From assembly GCA_973851085.1 (NCBI GenBank), contig OZ316776.1, positions 6,572,001 through 6,636,000 of the forward strand: a stretch of DNA of 64,000 bases. The letters are read 5' to 3'. Origin of the DNA: Ptychomitrium polyphyllum (lineage: Eukaryota). Made by a program: the position numbers and the translations under genes. Below, in pieces: positions 13,548-25,800 of this stretch (position 1 is its first letter; every line of letters starts with the position of its first letter). The notes under the pieces are model-generated. The model ran no database searches. It was not told the DNA's origin and saw only the letters and a program-made list of their open reading frames with translations.

Positions 13548-16500
13548 TCAAGTTCTGTAAATCCTTAACATGGAGCTTCGACAGGGGGTGTGTGTTTATG
13601 TTATTCATTTGGAACATCGATTTTAGAATTGGAGCTAATCTGCTTGTTTTCGGTCATGCAGATAAATGCGTTTCACAATTGATCGTCACATTGGTTTTCA
13701 ATTGAGAACTGGAAGGATTAGTTTCTCTTTCACCGCTTAAAGCTTTTTCTTTCAGCAGAAGGATTTCTTGCAACATAATTGTGCAGGTATCTAAATTCCT
13801 GTGCGGGGTGATCATAAAGTTGTGCCATAGATAACCCCTGAACTTGTTGTTTTGCGAGCCTGAGCAGACAACACTCAAATACGTAGGATTAGGTCTGGGG
13901 ACATTCATTCAAATACCCCACTGATTATTAGATTGAGATGATGTAATATATCACCATAGGAAACTGGGGCTAGCTTCTTATTTCAAGCTGCCACAGCAGG
14001 CTGTAGATCTAAAGGCTTCCTCCTTTGTAGACTGAGGAGCTACTTGTGCAGTTAGGACCAGGAAACAAATAAGCAGTCGAAGACAAATGTTATAATTGTA
14101 CAACATTATCAAGATTCTCTTATTGCTTCGTCTCGAATATTGGTGTACCTTCCTGTTTGGCTTAGTTATGTGTTTGGAATTCTCCTATTTGCAAAATATG
14201 CTTCTAGCTGTGAACCTCATGAAAACAAGAGTATAGTCCTTTTTTTGTACCATAAGTGGAGGTGATTAGGAAATTTGCCTCCTTTGACTTGAGCTAATTA
14301 GATGTCTCAATGCCGATAAATCGTACAGAGCTATGAAAGGCTTATTTTCACCTGGCTCCCAGGATCCTCAAGTGTATACTTGGAGGTTCAAGCATGAGAA
14401 CTGTTCTTCAATGGGGTGTTAGCACTTACTGACAATGATAGTATAAGTAACCTGGGTTATTAAGAACGTTGTGCAAATATGTGTTTATCTGTGTTCATGA
14501 GACCTCTATACTACAGAATAGTCTTGTTCTATGAATAAGTCAGAAAAAGTGGGTTAAAACACTGTTGTATAGCAAGTTGGGTGCCACTTCCAACCAGTTG
14601 TGTGGGTTGCAAGCTTTGATTTGGGTAAAATGACCAAGTACTGAGTTTGCTTTTGAGTTCTATAGCAAATTTAGGGGCAGTTTACACCTTCTTGTGTTAT
14701 CCATAGAAGAAGATATTCCTGCCATACTTAATTTCAGCAATACTATTTGGTCAAAGTTTTTGGGTTCTCCCATAAGGTTGGATGAGAAAATGAGTTGGTC
14801 ACTCATATGACACCAATTATTGCAAGAGATTTTTCTCTCATTGATCATTTTGGAAGTGCTCTAGGAATGGTAACCTAGAAGGGTTTTTCATGGAGAAAGC
14901 CTTCTTTCAATAAACATTATTTTGATGTCGTCCTATACTCTACAATGGGCCATCTTTTGCCTAAATTGTTTTGCTTCTTCCATTGTCTCATGTCTCTCAT
15001 GGGATAATGTGTAAACCGGGCCTTAGTAAAAGTGACCAGGGGTGTGGGGCATGGGCCAAGGTCACCAAACTTTGATGTTGACTTACCAAAAGCACCAAAG
15101 TTTGAGAAAAGAGAATCTTGGGTACCAGAGTGTTGTTTTGATATTTGTGCTGATTGTTGCATACATTGTTAATTTTTGGATTTTGCAGCTTGTGTGATTA
15201 TAAGAATTGTAATGCAATGCATGAATATTTTTTTGTCAAACACTTTTAGAACACCTTCTCTCTGATCTTAGACATCTGTCCAGACTTTGGATCATGTTGT
15301 GTATGTAAGTCACTGTTTTTGCAACCATATCCTATTTGTTTTGTTATACTAATCACATGGTAGCTTGCAGGCCTTTTTCTTTTCAAGCATTAATGCTTTG
15401 CATGTACAAGATTCAAATACAGGTGTTTTGGAAGTATATATGTCCTTTCTTTCACAGGTAACTTGTGTTGCAAAAGTGAAGAAAAACTTGCATGCTCTCT
15501 ACATGTGTTGAAAATCTGATTGTTGAACATTCTTATCTTCTACAAAGTAAGTGTACCCTCTGTTTTGTTTGAAGTTTAGAAAATGGTACACTCTGCACTT
15601 TTAAAACACAACTTACATGACATGTAAGGATGACTTTGGAGTTGGTTTGAAATACATGCTTCAAGCAAAAATTTGGTGCAGTGAACTCAGGTTTCAACTT
15701 GCAGGGTATGGATCTATGGTAGGACTTGGTATTCAACCAAAGATACCTTGAGAATCCTATAAGTTTAGTTTATCACCATTTGCTCATAGATCTTAGTCCC
15801 CACCAGTGTGGTATCAAATAATGATACTGGAGACCTGACCAGCAAGGTCTTACTTAGCATAAGTACCCACTGGTTGATGGTCTGCAGTATAGACCATACC
15901 AGTAATACACCAAGGGTGATACAAATATATTTTCAAGGTAATGAATTCTGAGTTTTTTGCCTCCTAAACCCAGTAGCTTTTGCAATCTAAACAATGGTGT
16001 AGAAGTCATACAGCATAAATATTGCCATCTTTTGTAGGTCATACTCTAATCATCTCAACGTCTCATATTTATACACATCTTTCATCTTTATATGTCTTGA
16101 GGAGGTAAAAATAGAAATTTCTTAAATACATGGGATTTTTGCATTTACACAAGATACTGAGATTGTTGAGAATACTTAAATAACAATAAATTATTGGAGA
16201 AAATTGGAATATAACAATAGTACATGAATTTAATTTCTATGGCCATGTGTATTTGGAGATATTCCCAACAAGATCCACATTATGGCTCACAAATACAGCA
16301 TTGCCAATGCCAATAAAAAAATAAATTTCGGTTGGATGGTCAAGAGATTTGACCAAATCCATTTGATGTGATTAGATGGACATTAATATTTACACGAAAT
16401 GGTAGATAATGTGCCTTAGAAAAGCTCCATTGTTGTATGATTTGGTAACTTCAATATACAAACTTATTATGCCATGAAACTAGATTCAATTACCTTGCCA

Positions 16501-17043
16501 ATTTATCGTTTGTGATTTCATGGATTATTGGGCCTGTAGTGCCATTTTTAAACAGTTCTCTGCACAGAGGAGAGGTACTGTGCAGTACCATTGAGGCATA
16601 CCTACTCAATTTTAAGGATAACAAAGCATAATTCGGGTCTGAAAGTTGAATCTGTCCATAGAACATTCTAAAGCCAATTTTAGAGTAATTGAGAACAGTG
16701 TTAAATCATCGTAGCAACTTACACCAAGATGTCCGTGTGTGTCTTTAACTTGAATATCAACCTCCCAGGAGCATGAAGCCCTATCAGGTGAAGATGGTAG
16801 ATGCTTGCTACTGTCATTACACATGCCGCTTGAACAGTGACAAAAGAATATCATACATGCATGGAGCTCACCCAGTTCCTTTTGATCCAGACACTTCTGC
16901 CCAATGCCCGAGTATTCTAACGTAGCATGCTAAAGGATTTGATTGTGTACAAGTAAGCTTCTAGACGGCTAAGAAAATCTGCCACAAGCTTCACAGCTAG
17001 CAGTACATTCATGGCCTCAGTCCGTTTGCGAAGTACTGCAACA

Positions 17044-18648
17044 TCAATTCATCAGCTTGACCAGATGTTTGAAAACCCGTTCATAAACTCGTTTCTTGAA
17101 TTCCACAGCCTGTACACACATGCACACATCTTCACACATTAGTAGGGCCACCAAGATACTTACTGATGGTGTTCTTAATAATCTAAGAATAATGAGCATT
17201 CTCAAAATTATGTGTGAACTAAACTGAATAATACAATCAAAATCTTGTAACCGGAATGCACTAAGCTAATGCGTAGCGGCGCAAGTATGAAGATTTGTAG
17301 TTAGTAGCCATATACATTGTGACCGACTGCTTCAACTGGCACCCACTTCCATTTAGAAAATTCAGGGTTTTCAGACCCGTCGCCTAGCAAGTTGATCTCA
17401 CTGTCATTCCCGGTGAATCTGAACAAGAACCTAAAAGACAGGCAGACTTCAGTCGACATAAAGCACAATGTCGAGAACCCGATAAAACTTTGAGGTACCA
17501 AGAAACATAAGGCATGCAGGATAGACTGTCTGACACGTATGAGGGCAAAGGAATCATTGCAAAAAAAAATCGACTTGAGGAATCGACTTTTTCATGTCAA
17601 TGTGCTCACAAACTAATGCATATCAATGCTGTCGGGCAAAGAGATCCACTGACCATTTCTGAGCTTGCCCATTCCACTCTTTTCCCCACAAGGTAGTAAG
17701 CCTTGCCTTCACATCGAGTGGAAAATCGTACGTTAACCATTCCGGCACCTGTAAATTCAATTCGAGAGAGCCTGCTATTAATAAGCTATCAGGAAGATAA
17801 GCATCCCAAGAATATTGCTCAGTGCGTTTATATCGGCTGAACAGAGTAGCAGAAAAAGAAAAAAATTCTGAGTTAAGCTCATAAATTCGGATGAAGATAT
17901 GCAAATACTTGTTTGTATGAAAGATTTTTGACCTGAAGGGGTTGGAAGAGGTTTTGAAAGCGCTTGTACCTCTCCCACGTACTCTGCGGAGGTAACTCCC
18001 GTCTCTTCCCTCAGTTCCCTAAGCGCTGCAGCTCGAGGATCTTCTTCTTCATCTATACCTCCCTGCACTAACCAACTCCCCACACTTCTCACCATTCACT
18101 ATGTGCTTGTTTCCCAAAGCATGAGCTTTCAATGCTACCCAAATGCCCTCACAAAAAGACTATAAAATAAAACATGACGACTACCAACGCAGAAAGTCCA
18201 AGCACAACTCACCAAAGAAAATCATCATACCTGGGGCATTTGCCACGTTCCGGGAACATCCAATCTCTGGGCTAGAAAAACCTGGCAACACAAAAACGCA
18301 ACCGCATGAAGCACCAAAACGCACTTTGAATACGAAATTCATCTAACGATTCATTCTTTCCATAACACATACACATCCCAACATCAGAAAATCCCATCCT
18401 ACGAGTTTAACATTGACCGTCACATCTCCCAGATCTGAAACTTCAAAACCAAACATACACAACAAAATCCCGCACATTCGGCAAAAACTTCTACACAACC
18501 AGAAAGCACCTCTCCTGTCTTACCACCACTCAAGAGGGAAATGCTTCAAAAAAGGAGAGCGAATACCAACCTGATTCTCATGGTTGATAAGACAGACACC
18601 CACATTAGCCCGGTACATTGGGGGCAGGTCACTGCAAGTTCCAGCCAT
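17044..18648 (-). CDS. Nudix hydrolase of the plant Ap4A hydrolase/RppH-like NUDX25/26/27 clade; 6 exons: 18648-18571, 18281-18231, 18062-17970, 17748-17654, 17430-17316, 17109-17044; 165 aa
   Basis: All five introns are GT-AG and phase-consistent. Protein reads [22 protein letters not shown]...[28 protein letters not shown] (complete Nudix box)...WLTYDFP...GQAQKWFLFRF...EFSKWKW...[10 protein letters not shown]. Confidence 0.95.
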
Positions 18649-18700
18649 GGCAGAGCACCTCCCGTTGCGTGGCCCACAGAGAACTTCCCTCCTCACCTAC

Positions 18701-18877
18701 CTAGGGCCTGCAAACGAAACGCCTGCAGTTGAACCAAACGTGACTAAATTCGGTTGCAAAGAGTGTACTTGCGGAGTCCTGTACACAGCTGGTGGTGGCA
18801 TGGATGGGCAGTTTTGGGGGAATGTCACCCGGGAGTGGCAAGGCGTGCAGAACCAGTGTGGATGCCATCACCATCAT
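18701..18877 (-). other. 58-aa upstream ORF resembling a plastid transit peptide, out of frame with the Nudix CDS
   Basis: ATG 18877 to TAG 18703-18701: MMVMASTLVLHALPLPGDIPPKLPIHATTSCVQDSASTLFATEFSHVWFNCRRFVCRP*. It ends 52 nt before the Nudix ATG. Confidence 0.5.
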
Positions 18878-21800
18878 TCTGGGGCAGTGGTTGTGATCCT
18901 GATCCTGTCGACGCTTGCAAGACTGCAGCTTTGAAGACAGGCTGTGGTGTGCTAGAATACCGGATTTTCAAGTCTCCCATGCCTGCTCTCTCAGCTTCTG
19001 TCTGCGGACTCTCTGGTGTGAGGAATGCATTTCCCCAAACCGTCACTGTACACGTAAACCATCAAAATCTGGGAGGACCACACGTGTGAGAATCTGACTT
19101 CTGTAAGTTGCATGAATAGTGTGCCTTTTGTACAATATATGTTTCCCTTGCTGTACTTCGTGCACACCAGTGTGCTGCCTTCCCGATCCTCACACTAGTG
19201 TTATCTGTTAGTTAAGAGTGAGTTCTCTGTTAAGTAGAACTCCCTTGTCTTGTGTTCCTAAAGTGCATTCTTGCTGTAAATGATAGTCCACAACAATCTT
19301 TGGCATAATTATTAAAATATTTTTGGTTTGGAGGAGCAAGTTGTGAAGTTTTAGGTACTTAGGATAGATTAAGGGTTGATTTGGAGGAACTTGGTTAACT
19401 TTAAAGAGGTCCAAGGTTTGAGTTTTTTCTACCACTCCTTGGTATCTCAAAGGCTCCTTATTGATTCATCAAAAGACATGATGAAATATATTTTTGCTCA
19501 AAATTTGGATTTTAGAGTACATTTTACAAATCCTCTATAGAGAACTTAAGGGATAACTCTACTATAAGATAGAAGCTATAAAAATAGTTAGAAACCAAAA
19601 TCCTTTCACATGCTATTTATTCTAGAAGTAGTATGTAATTGGCTTAAACATGAATTGATTTTATGCTTCAAAAGTTGATGCGTACTTGAATTAATTATAT
19701 ACATTCATTCTTATAGAATGAATGTAGTAGGCATATATAAGATTTTGGTTCCTATTGGTTTGTTTACTGTCTACTTTACAAGACAATTTTTTGGTTGAAT
19801 TGTATGATTAAAATAATTTGCAAGAACGTTTCAATTTTAGTAATAATTTTTGAAGTGGAAATTGGTTTTTTTCTAAAAACTTTGTGGCAAGAATTTTAAA
19901 AAATGGACATAAGAGCCATACAGCTGTCTATTTTAACCATCAAATCCATGGTCTTATATAATATTTTTAGTTATACATCTTTTTATATCCTAATGGCTTA
20001 TGTTTTTTTTAATTTTATATGTGGTTATTGAACTATTAATAAAGATATTGCTTTATTAGTTAGAAGAGATTTACTCTTGTATTTCACATTTATTTTGTTA
20101 GTGGTTAATGGAACCAAAGCATTAATTGGATTTGATTTAAAACTCTTAATTCAATAAAACTTATTTATAGAGGATATTTTTAAACTTTTAAAATGAAATA
20201 TTGCTAAATGATATAATTCATTATTTTTAATTTTTATTAAATAAATATCACAAAAATTACTTCTATTGATATTTTTTGTGCTTTGAATAATTGTTGTAAC
20301 AATAAAAAGATTTTTATTACTCTAATACTTGGGTTATTTTTATCATAATTAGAAATATTTTGGAATATTATAAAATGTTGTGAAAAACATCATAAGATAT
20401 TGATGAAAACAGAAGAAATTGAATTGGTCAATGACATAAATTTTTTTAACAGTATGACCATGTATCATTTAATATTAAAACTTCTAATCTTCATTAGAGA
20501 TAATATTTAACAATGTTTAATATTTGGAGAAAAACTGAGTTATTATTCTAGTACTATTTATTATGATGAAAAATCATCTAATTTAATATTGTTAAGCAGG
20601 ATATTTGAATTGAACACCTAATATTACACAATTTTTTAATAATTACTATACATTGTTTTTATACAAGACTTGTTAGTTTTATAACTTGTATATTCTAAGC
20701 ACAAAATTTTAAAAAAATTTAAAAAATAATATTCAACTAAAGAAGGTTGAAGCAGCTCCTATCATATGGTATAAAAATGGAAATAAACACTAATTATTTA
20801 GTACACCCTTTTGTTATTTTCCATAAAATTTCAAGATTTTCACAGTCCTTATACCAAGAAGAACATTACTTTGGTAACACAAACATGAAGGATTCAGTGT
20901 TCTCACAAACTCAGTGATACGAAGCATGCAAAATACCATCAAGTATGAACGGAGAACTTGAAGGGACGTATTGAGGCTTCAACACTTCAGCTGAACAACG
21001 ACGGTTGGCGTATCGAAACTGCTCGACCCTTCACAAGCCCACCTGGCTCTTTCCCTTCCAATCCTCTACTCTTTGACTCGTTCCCCTTCCCCTCTCCTCT
21101 TCCCCTCTCCTCTCAACTGCACTAGACTGCTGTGCCACACCTTCCACACTTCATCTTTGTGGAGCAGACGCTTCTGTTGATCTCGAGGGAGAACTCTCGG
21201 AGAGACCACATTCTGGTCTGTGTTTTAAAGACTAGAACTGGATATGATGCTTGCGAATGACGAAGGATATACGTTCTGGTGTGGACCGGATCATTTGAAC
21301 TAACAGGAAAGCTGGATGCAGCTACTTGCCTGCGAGATTATCTAGGAAGGTAAATCGTTGAGAGGGATGTTGATGACTGAAGTGGCATAGGAGGAGGATT
21401 TTAGATCGGAGAGACGTTATGATGCGCCTCCCGTATTGCTTCGGTGCGCATGCATGGAGAGTGGTGGCCTCTTGCATGCATCCCCAGCTTGTGGTGTTTC
21501 TCTTCTTTGCAATCTATCGGTTGAGATCAAACACAACCACGGAAGGGACTTCCCCATGGTTACGTTCGCAGTTCACTGCCAACTATCCTCAATAAATGAA
21601 GTTGGTTGAGTTACTTTGGACTCAAAAACGTAAGTGTATGTGATGTTCAGGGTTTTGTCTAAAGTTTGGAGCTAGATTTCATTCTCCAAGCTTTCACAGA
21701 AATTTCGCGGAAGATTGAGTATGGTATGAGGCTTTCAGGTGATTTCTGAACCAGCGCTCATTTCAGGTAGATGTGCGCACCTAAAAGGACTGAAGGCAAC

Positions 21801-22486
21801 ATTTGGGATTACAATTGTTCAGAAAATGTGTGAAAACCGGTCAGAATCCTCCCCAAGTGTTACTGGTAATGAAGGGTTTCCACCCATTAATTGCACAAAT
21901 ATTTCCACATGTTCAGTAGCTGAGCTCAAAATACAATAGCAGCCAAAACAGTTGGATGTTCTTAATCCAAAGTTTTAGTACGTACACATCTCTTTGTTTC
22001 CTGTTCAAAAGACAATCATTGACGTTCTTCTGTACGCATTTTTGACACATAATTGGATGGCAGCAGGGTGAGAACGACATGTTAGACAGAGTGTAAAGCA
22101 GATACGGTAGTGCAAAAATGCAGCGTAAGACAACAGACGCAGAGGCTCTCGGAGAAAAACTATGGCAGAAACTGCGCAAGACCCTTACGCTGGCGTTGCT
22201 TCGTTTAAATGCTGATTACCAATTGGTAAGATATACATATCCAGCTTGCCCCGTCATCATTGATTTCTGGTTAGTTTAAATCTCTGTGTGGAAACAAGCG
22301 TTTCTTTTACATCATTTCTTGGGTAGTTTATCAATTTGAAGGCTCGCATCATTTTCTTTAAGTGTTTTGTGACCACATACTTATACGCGTCTTGCATTTT
22401 GTGTTGAAGAATTTCCCATTGTTTGTAACAACAACTGATGATCGAAGTATGTACATACTGAAATCTTGAATTTATGGATGCTTAGA

Positions 22487-22819
22487 ATGATGGAATATTG
22501 CATCAAGAAGCGTTTGAAGTGGAGCGAATGCAAAGTGCGTAGTGCTTGCTGAGAAAGTGAGTACTATGGCCTCATCCGTTATTTGCAAAGAAAAATTCAG
22601 GTTCTTGTTCTCTGAAATCGTAACAGTGTGGAACGAGAGGGTTGCTTGGAAAAAATCTTGCTTAGATGTGGTGCCGGGTTAGTGGACTCTCGACTTGATA
22701 CATTAAGAACCTTGCTGGCAACTCCTGAGGGCAAGTAGCATGCCAATAGCATGCTGCTCATGTTTGATGTTTTCCTTCTGTACACGGATTCACGGTACCT
22801 ACAAGGAAATCTATTTTGA
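22487..22819 (+). pseudogene. Decayed exon of an unidentified gene; further candidate splice sites back to about 21000
   Basis: 111-codon frame after cttag|: MMEYCIKKRLKWSECKVRSAC*ESEYYGLIRYLQRKIQVLVL*NRNSVEREGCLEKILLRCGAGLVDSRLDTLRTLLATPEGK*HANSMLLMF... Internal stops are TGA, TGA and TAG. Upstream donor-like sites near 21350, 21630 and 22226, and a CT-rich patch at 21050-21115. Confidence 0.35.
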
Positions 22820-25800
22820 CTAATTTACAACATGTGAAAAATGAACTCTTTACTCTTCCTTGACATGATGAATTATGAATGAAGTTGTAAAGTTTGCAGG
22901 TGAAAAGCATAATTTTTCCTCATTTTTTCCTACCATAGGCGAGTTTGATTCTTGTTTGATGGTTTTGTTTCCATTAGTTGTTTACACAAATTTTGCATAT
23001 CACACCCATCTGCTACTAGAAAGGAATGTTATTAGTGTAATAAAGTACGGTAACATCTTGCATCTATTTTTGTTAGTTGAAGTAGTTTGTTTCATGTTGC
23101 TTCCATTTTATTAGGTAGTCTTTGTGCAAACTTCTCCATATAGAAGATTTTTTAAAAAGGGATCTCATGATAGCAATGAATGGCATACATCATTCATTCA
23201 TCACTTGTCTTGAATGAAAATATGTTTATGGAGTTCAAATAGGACCATGTTTAAGTAAAATCTATGTTTAATAAGAGCAATTGTATTGACCTAAGAAGTG
23301 TTGGATTATGCTCAATGTTACTATTTGGATTATGTTAAAATTGGTTTTTTGGGTTAATTTTTAAAAAAATTCTTGTCTAGAATAAGGACATTTGATAAAT
23401 TTAAATTTACATGAGATGTTTAGATTTAAATTGATTCTTTATTGATTTTATCTATTCTATTATATATCAATTTGGTACCAAATTGTAATGACGCTTAAAA
23501 AATTCAACTCAACTTACTGGCTTTTGGCTACTTTGGATCATTTATTGGCAAAAAATTTGCTATGTAATTTAAAAAAAAATTAATAGATCTTTTTAAAGTT
23601 CCATTAATAAAAAAAAATTGGAACTTTATATATTTTTCATTATGAGGAATATGGTATTTATTGGAAAGATATGACTCAAAAGTATTCCTTTATGTATGGA
23701 AAAAATGTTGAATTTTTCATGCACTATCTATTTCTAATAATCAATAACCTGTGACGTGATCGAAGGAATAATGGCATGGAATTTTGGAAGAAAAATGCGT
23801 GCAAGGAAGGATGGAGGTGCATATAAAAAGGAATAGTAGGAGCTATGGTATTAGGTGCTTGGAAATGTTAGTTCAACAAGGTGATGTAAATAAAAGTTTA
23901 AACCACTTTTTCAAAGTTTGTAAGATATACTAATTTCTAATTTGTTTTGAATATAATAAATTTAGCATAAGTTTGTGAATCTAGTATTAGTTGAATTTTA
24001 TATTAGTAAAAGATGCAAGATAGGCCTCATGAAGATATAAGGTCATTTAATGTATAAACATAGACATGTAAATTCAACATTTCTTTTACAAAATTACTAA
24101 TCAACTAGAAAACTCTATTTGCATGGTTCAAGAATGTTATACATTATTCCTCATTATTTTGGACCTTATTCCATTTAAGTTGCTTCCAATTACCTTTTGC
24201 ACTTCCATTAATTCTTTTTACAACAACAATATTGTCATATGATATTTCATCGCTCTCAAAGTCATCTTCAAATTCTTCTCTTATCTTTTCCATTTTATTC
24301 TTATCATTAGATACATTTGGTATATATGCTTCAAATTCTAAATTGTGATTTTTCACTTCCAACATAAAAGCATCATCTGAAATTGTCGCAATTATATGTT
24401 TGATCCTTCTTTTTTTGGGATTAAACTTTGTGTGATTCAATAATGGTTGTTGATGAAGGAATAATATATAATTGAATAAAAAAATGGTCAAATCTCTTCC
24501 AACATGGTTATTTGGCTAATTTGTGGCTTTAATTGGAAGATTTAAGAAATCCAAGGAAACTCCTTTGGAAGCTTTCTTATTTAAAGAAGCTTCTAAGGAA
24601 GTATCCCGAGGTTGCTTGAGTACAATTGTATTGCAAGCTTTTTGAAGAAGCTTCCATGGCTTGTAGTTCTAATTTATAATGGGGTTGAGATTAAAGAAAT
24701 CTTTAATCTCGACACCGCATCTCTTATGGTCTAGCTCAAAGTTCCTAGTCTTGTCTCTCTGCCTTGTTATAGGTCTTTGCTTCTAGTATACCTTGAAAAT
24801 ATCTTATTCTACATCTTCAAGTTTTGAAGTTTTGAAGTCTTGTCTTGTTGTTATTCTCTTCGTAACATGTTGTTACTCTCTTTGTAACACTAATAGCCAT
24901 TCAATTTTTGATAGAAGAATTTATGCTTATCAAATTTTTTTGAGATCATTTCCAATTATCATTTTGCAAACTCGCAGAATCTCCGCATAGTATTATTTTT
25001 AAATGATACTTTTTAAAGAAGTTGTGCCAAATTTTAAATCATTTACAAGTCAAATAATCTATAAATTACTTATATTAAATCAAATACAAACATTGAACAC
25101 ATTTATACAAACCATGCAAATAAAAAGTATGTGCATGTTTATATAAAAAATAATTCACCTCCAAATCTTACATTTAGCCACCTTCTTGTGATAGTTAGAA
25201 ACCAAATTTCAAGATGGACCTATCAAAATAGGAGGCGTGGATGAGGTATTTATACCCTAGGCTTACAAGTGCCTAAATAGGCCTAATGCGAGCCCCATGC
25301 CAAAAGAGGCTTATGTAGGCATGCAATTAGTCTGCATGCTGCTCAAGCAGGAGCGCATTTGATTTATACAAAGCCCCCACCCGGTTTGGACAGGCACGTT
25401 CATGCCTTGACTTATGCATGCGCCCACTCCATGCAGCTCTTTGCTTGTCTTGGACTGGCTATTCCACACAAATGACAGAATTATGAAAACTTAGATGTTG
25501 TATAGTTTATGGATTCCATATTACAAATAAGAACAATGAATACAATACAGATCCGTAAACAACACCTCTTATTTTGGAAAAGGGCAAGAATTATAAAAAG
25601 AGGATGAGTGCTTACAAGAAGACCTTTGGAAATGCACCTTAAAAATACTTTTTTTTTGCTTGGATGGTTTCTATGGACTATTATTGCATTCAATTGTTGG
25701 AAAATGTTAAGGCATACACTTCTTAATCATGGCAACTTAAGCATCATACACTTGCAAGAAGATCTTAGGTGCAAATTTAACCAAAGATTGCAAGCCATAG

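Noticed and set aside
19160..19199. Helitron-like 3' end (GCACAC-CA-GTGTGC hairpin then CTAGT)
   Set aside because: The stem is only 6 bp, the spacing is long, and no 5' end is identifiable; expected by chance.
21445..21565. Small hairpins as a miRNA precursor
   Set aside because: Stems are too short and match no plant miRNA I recall.
23750..24143. Possible solo LTR (TGTGACG...ATACA with TATA-like and AATAAA motifs)
   Set aside because: No target-site duplication, PBS/PPT or second copy in the window.
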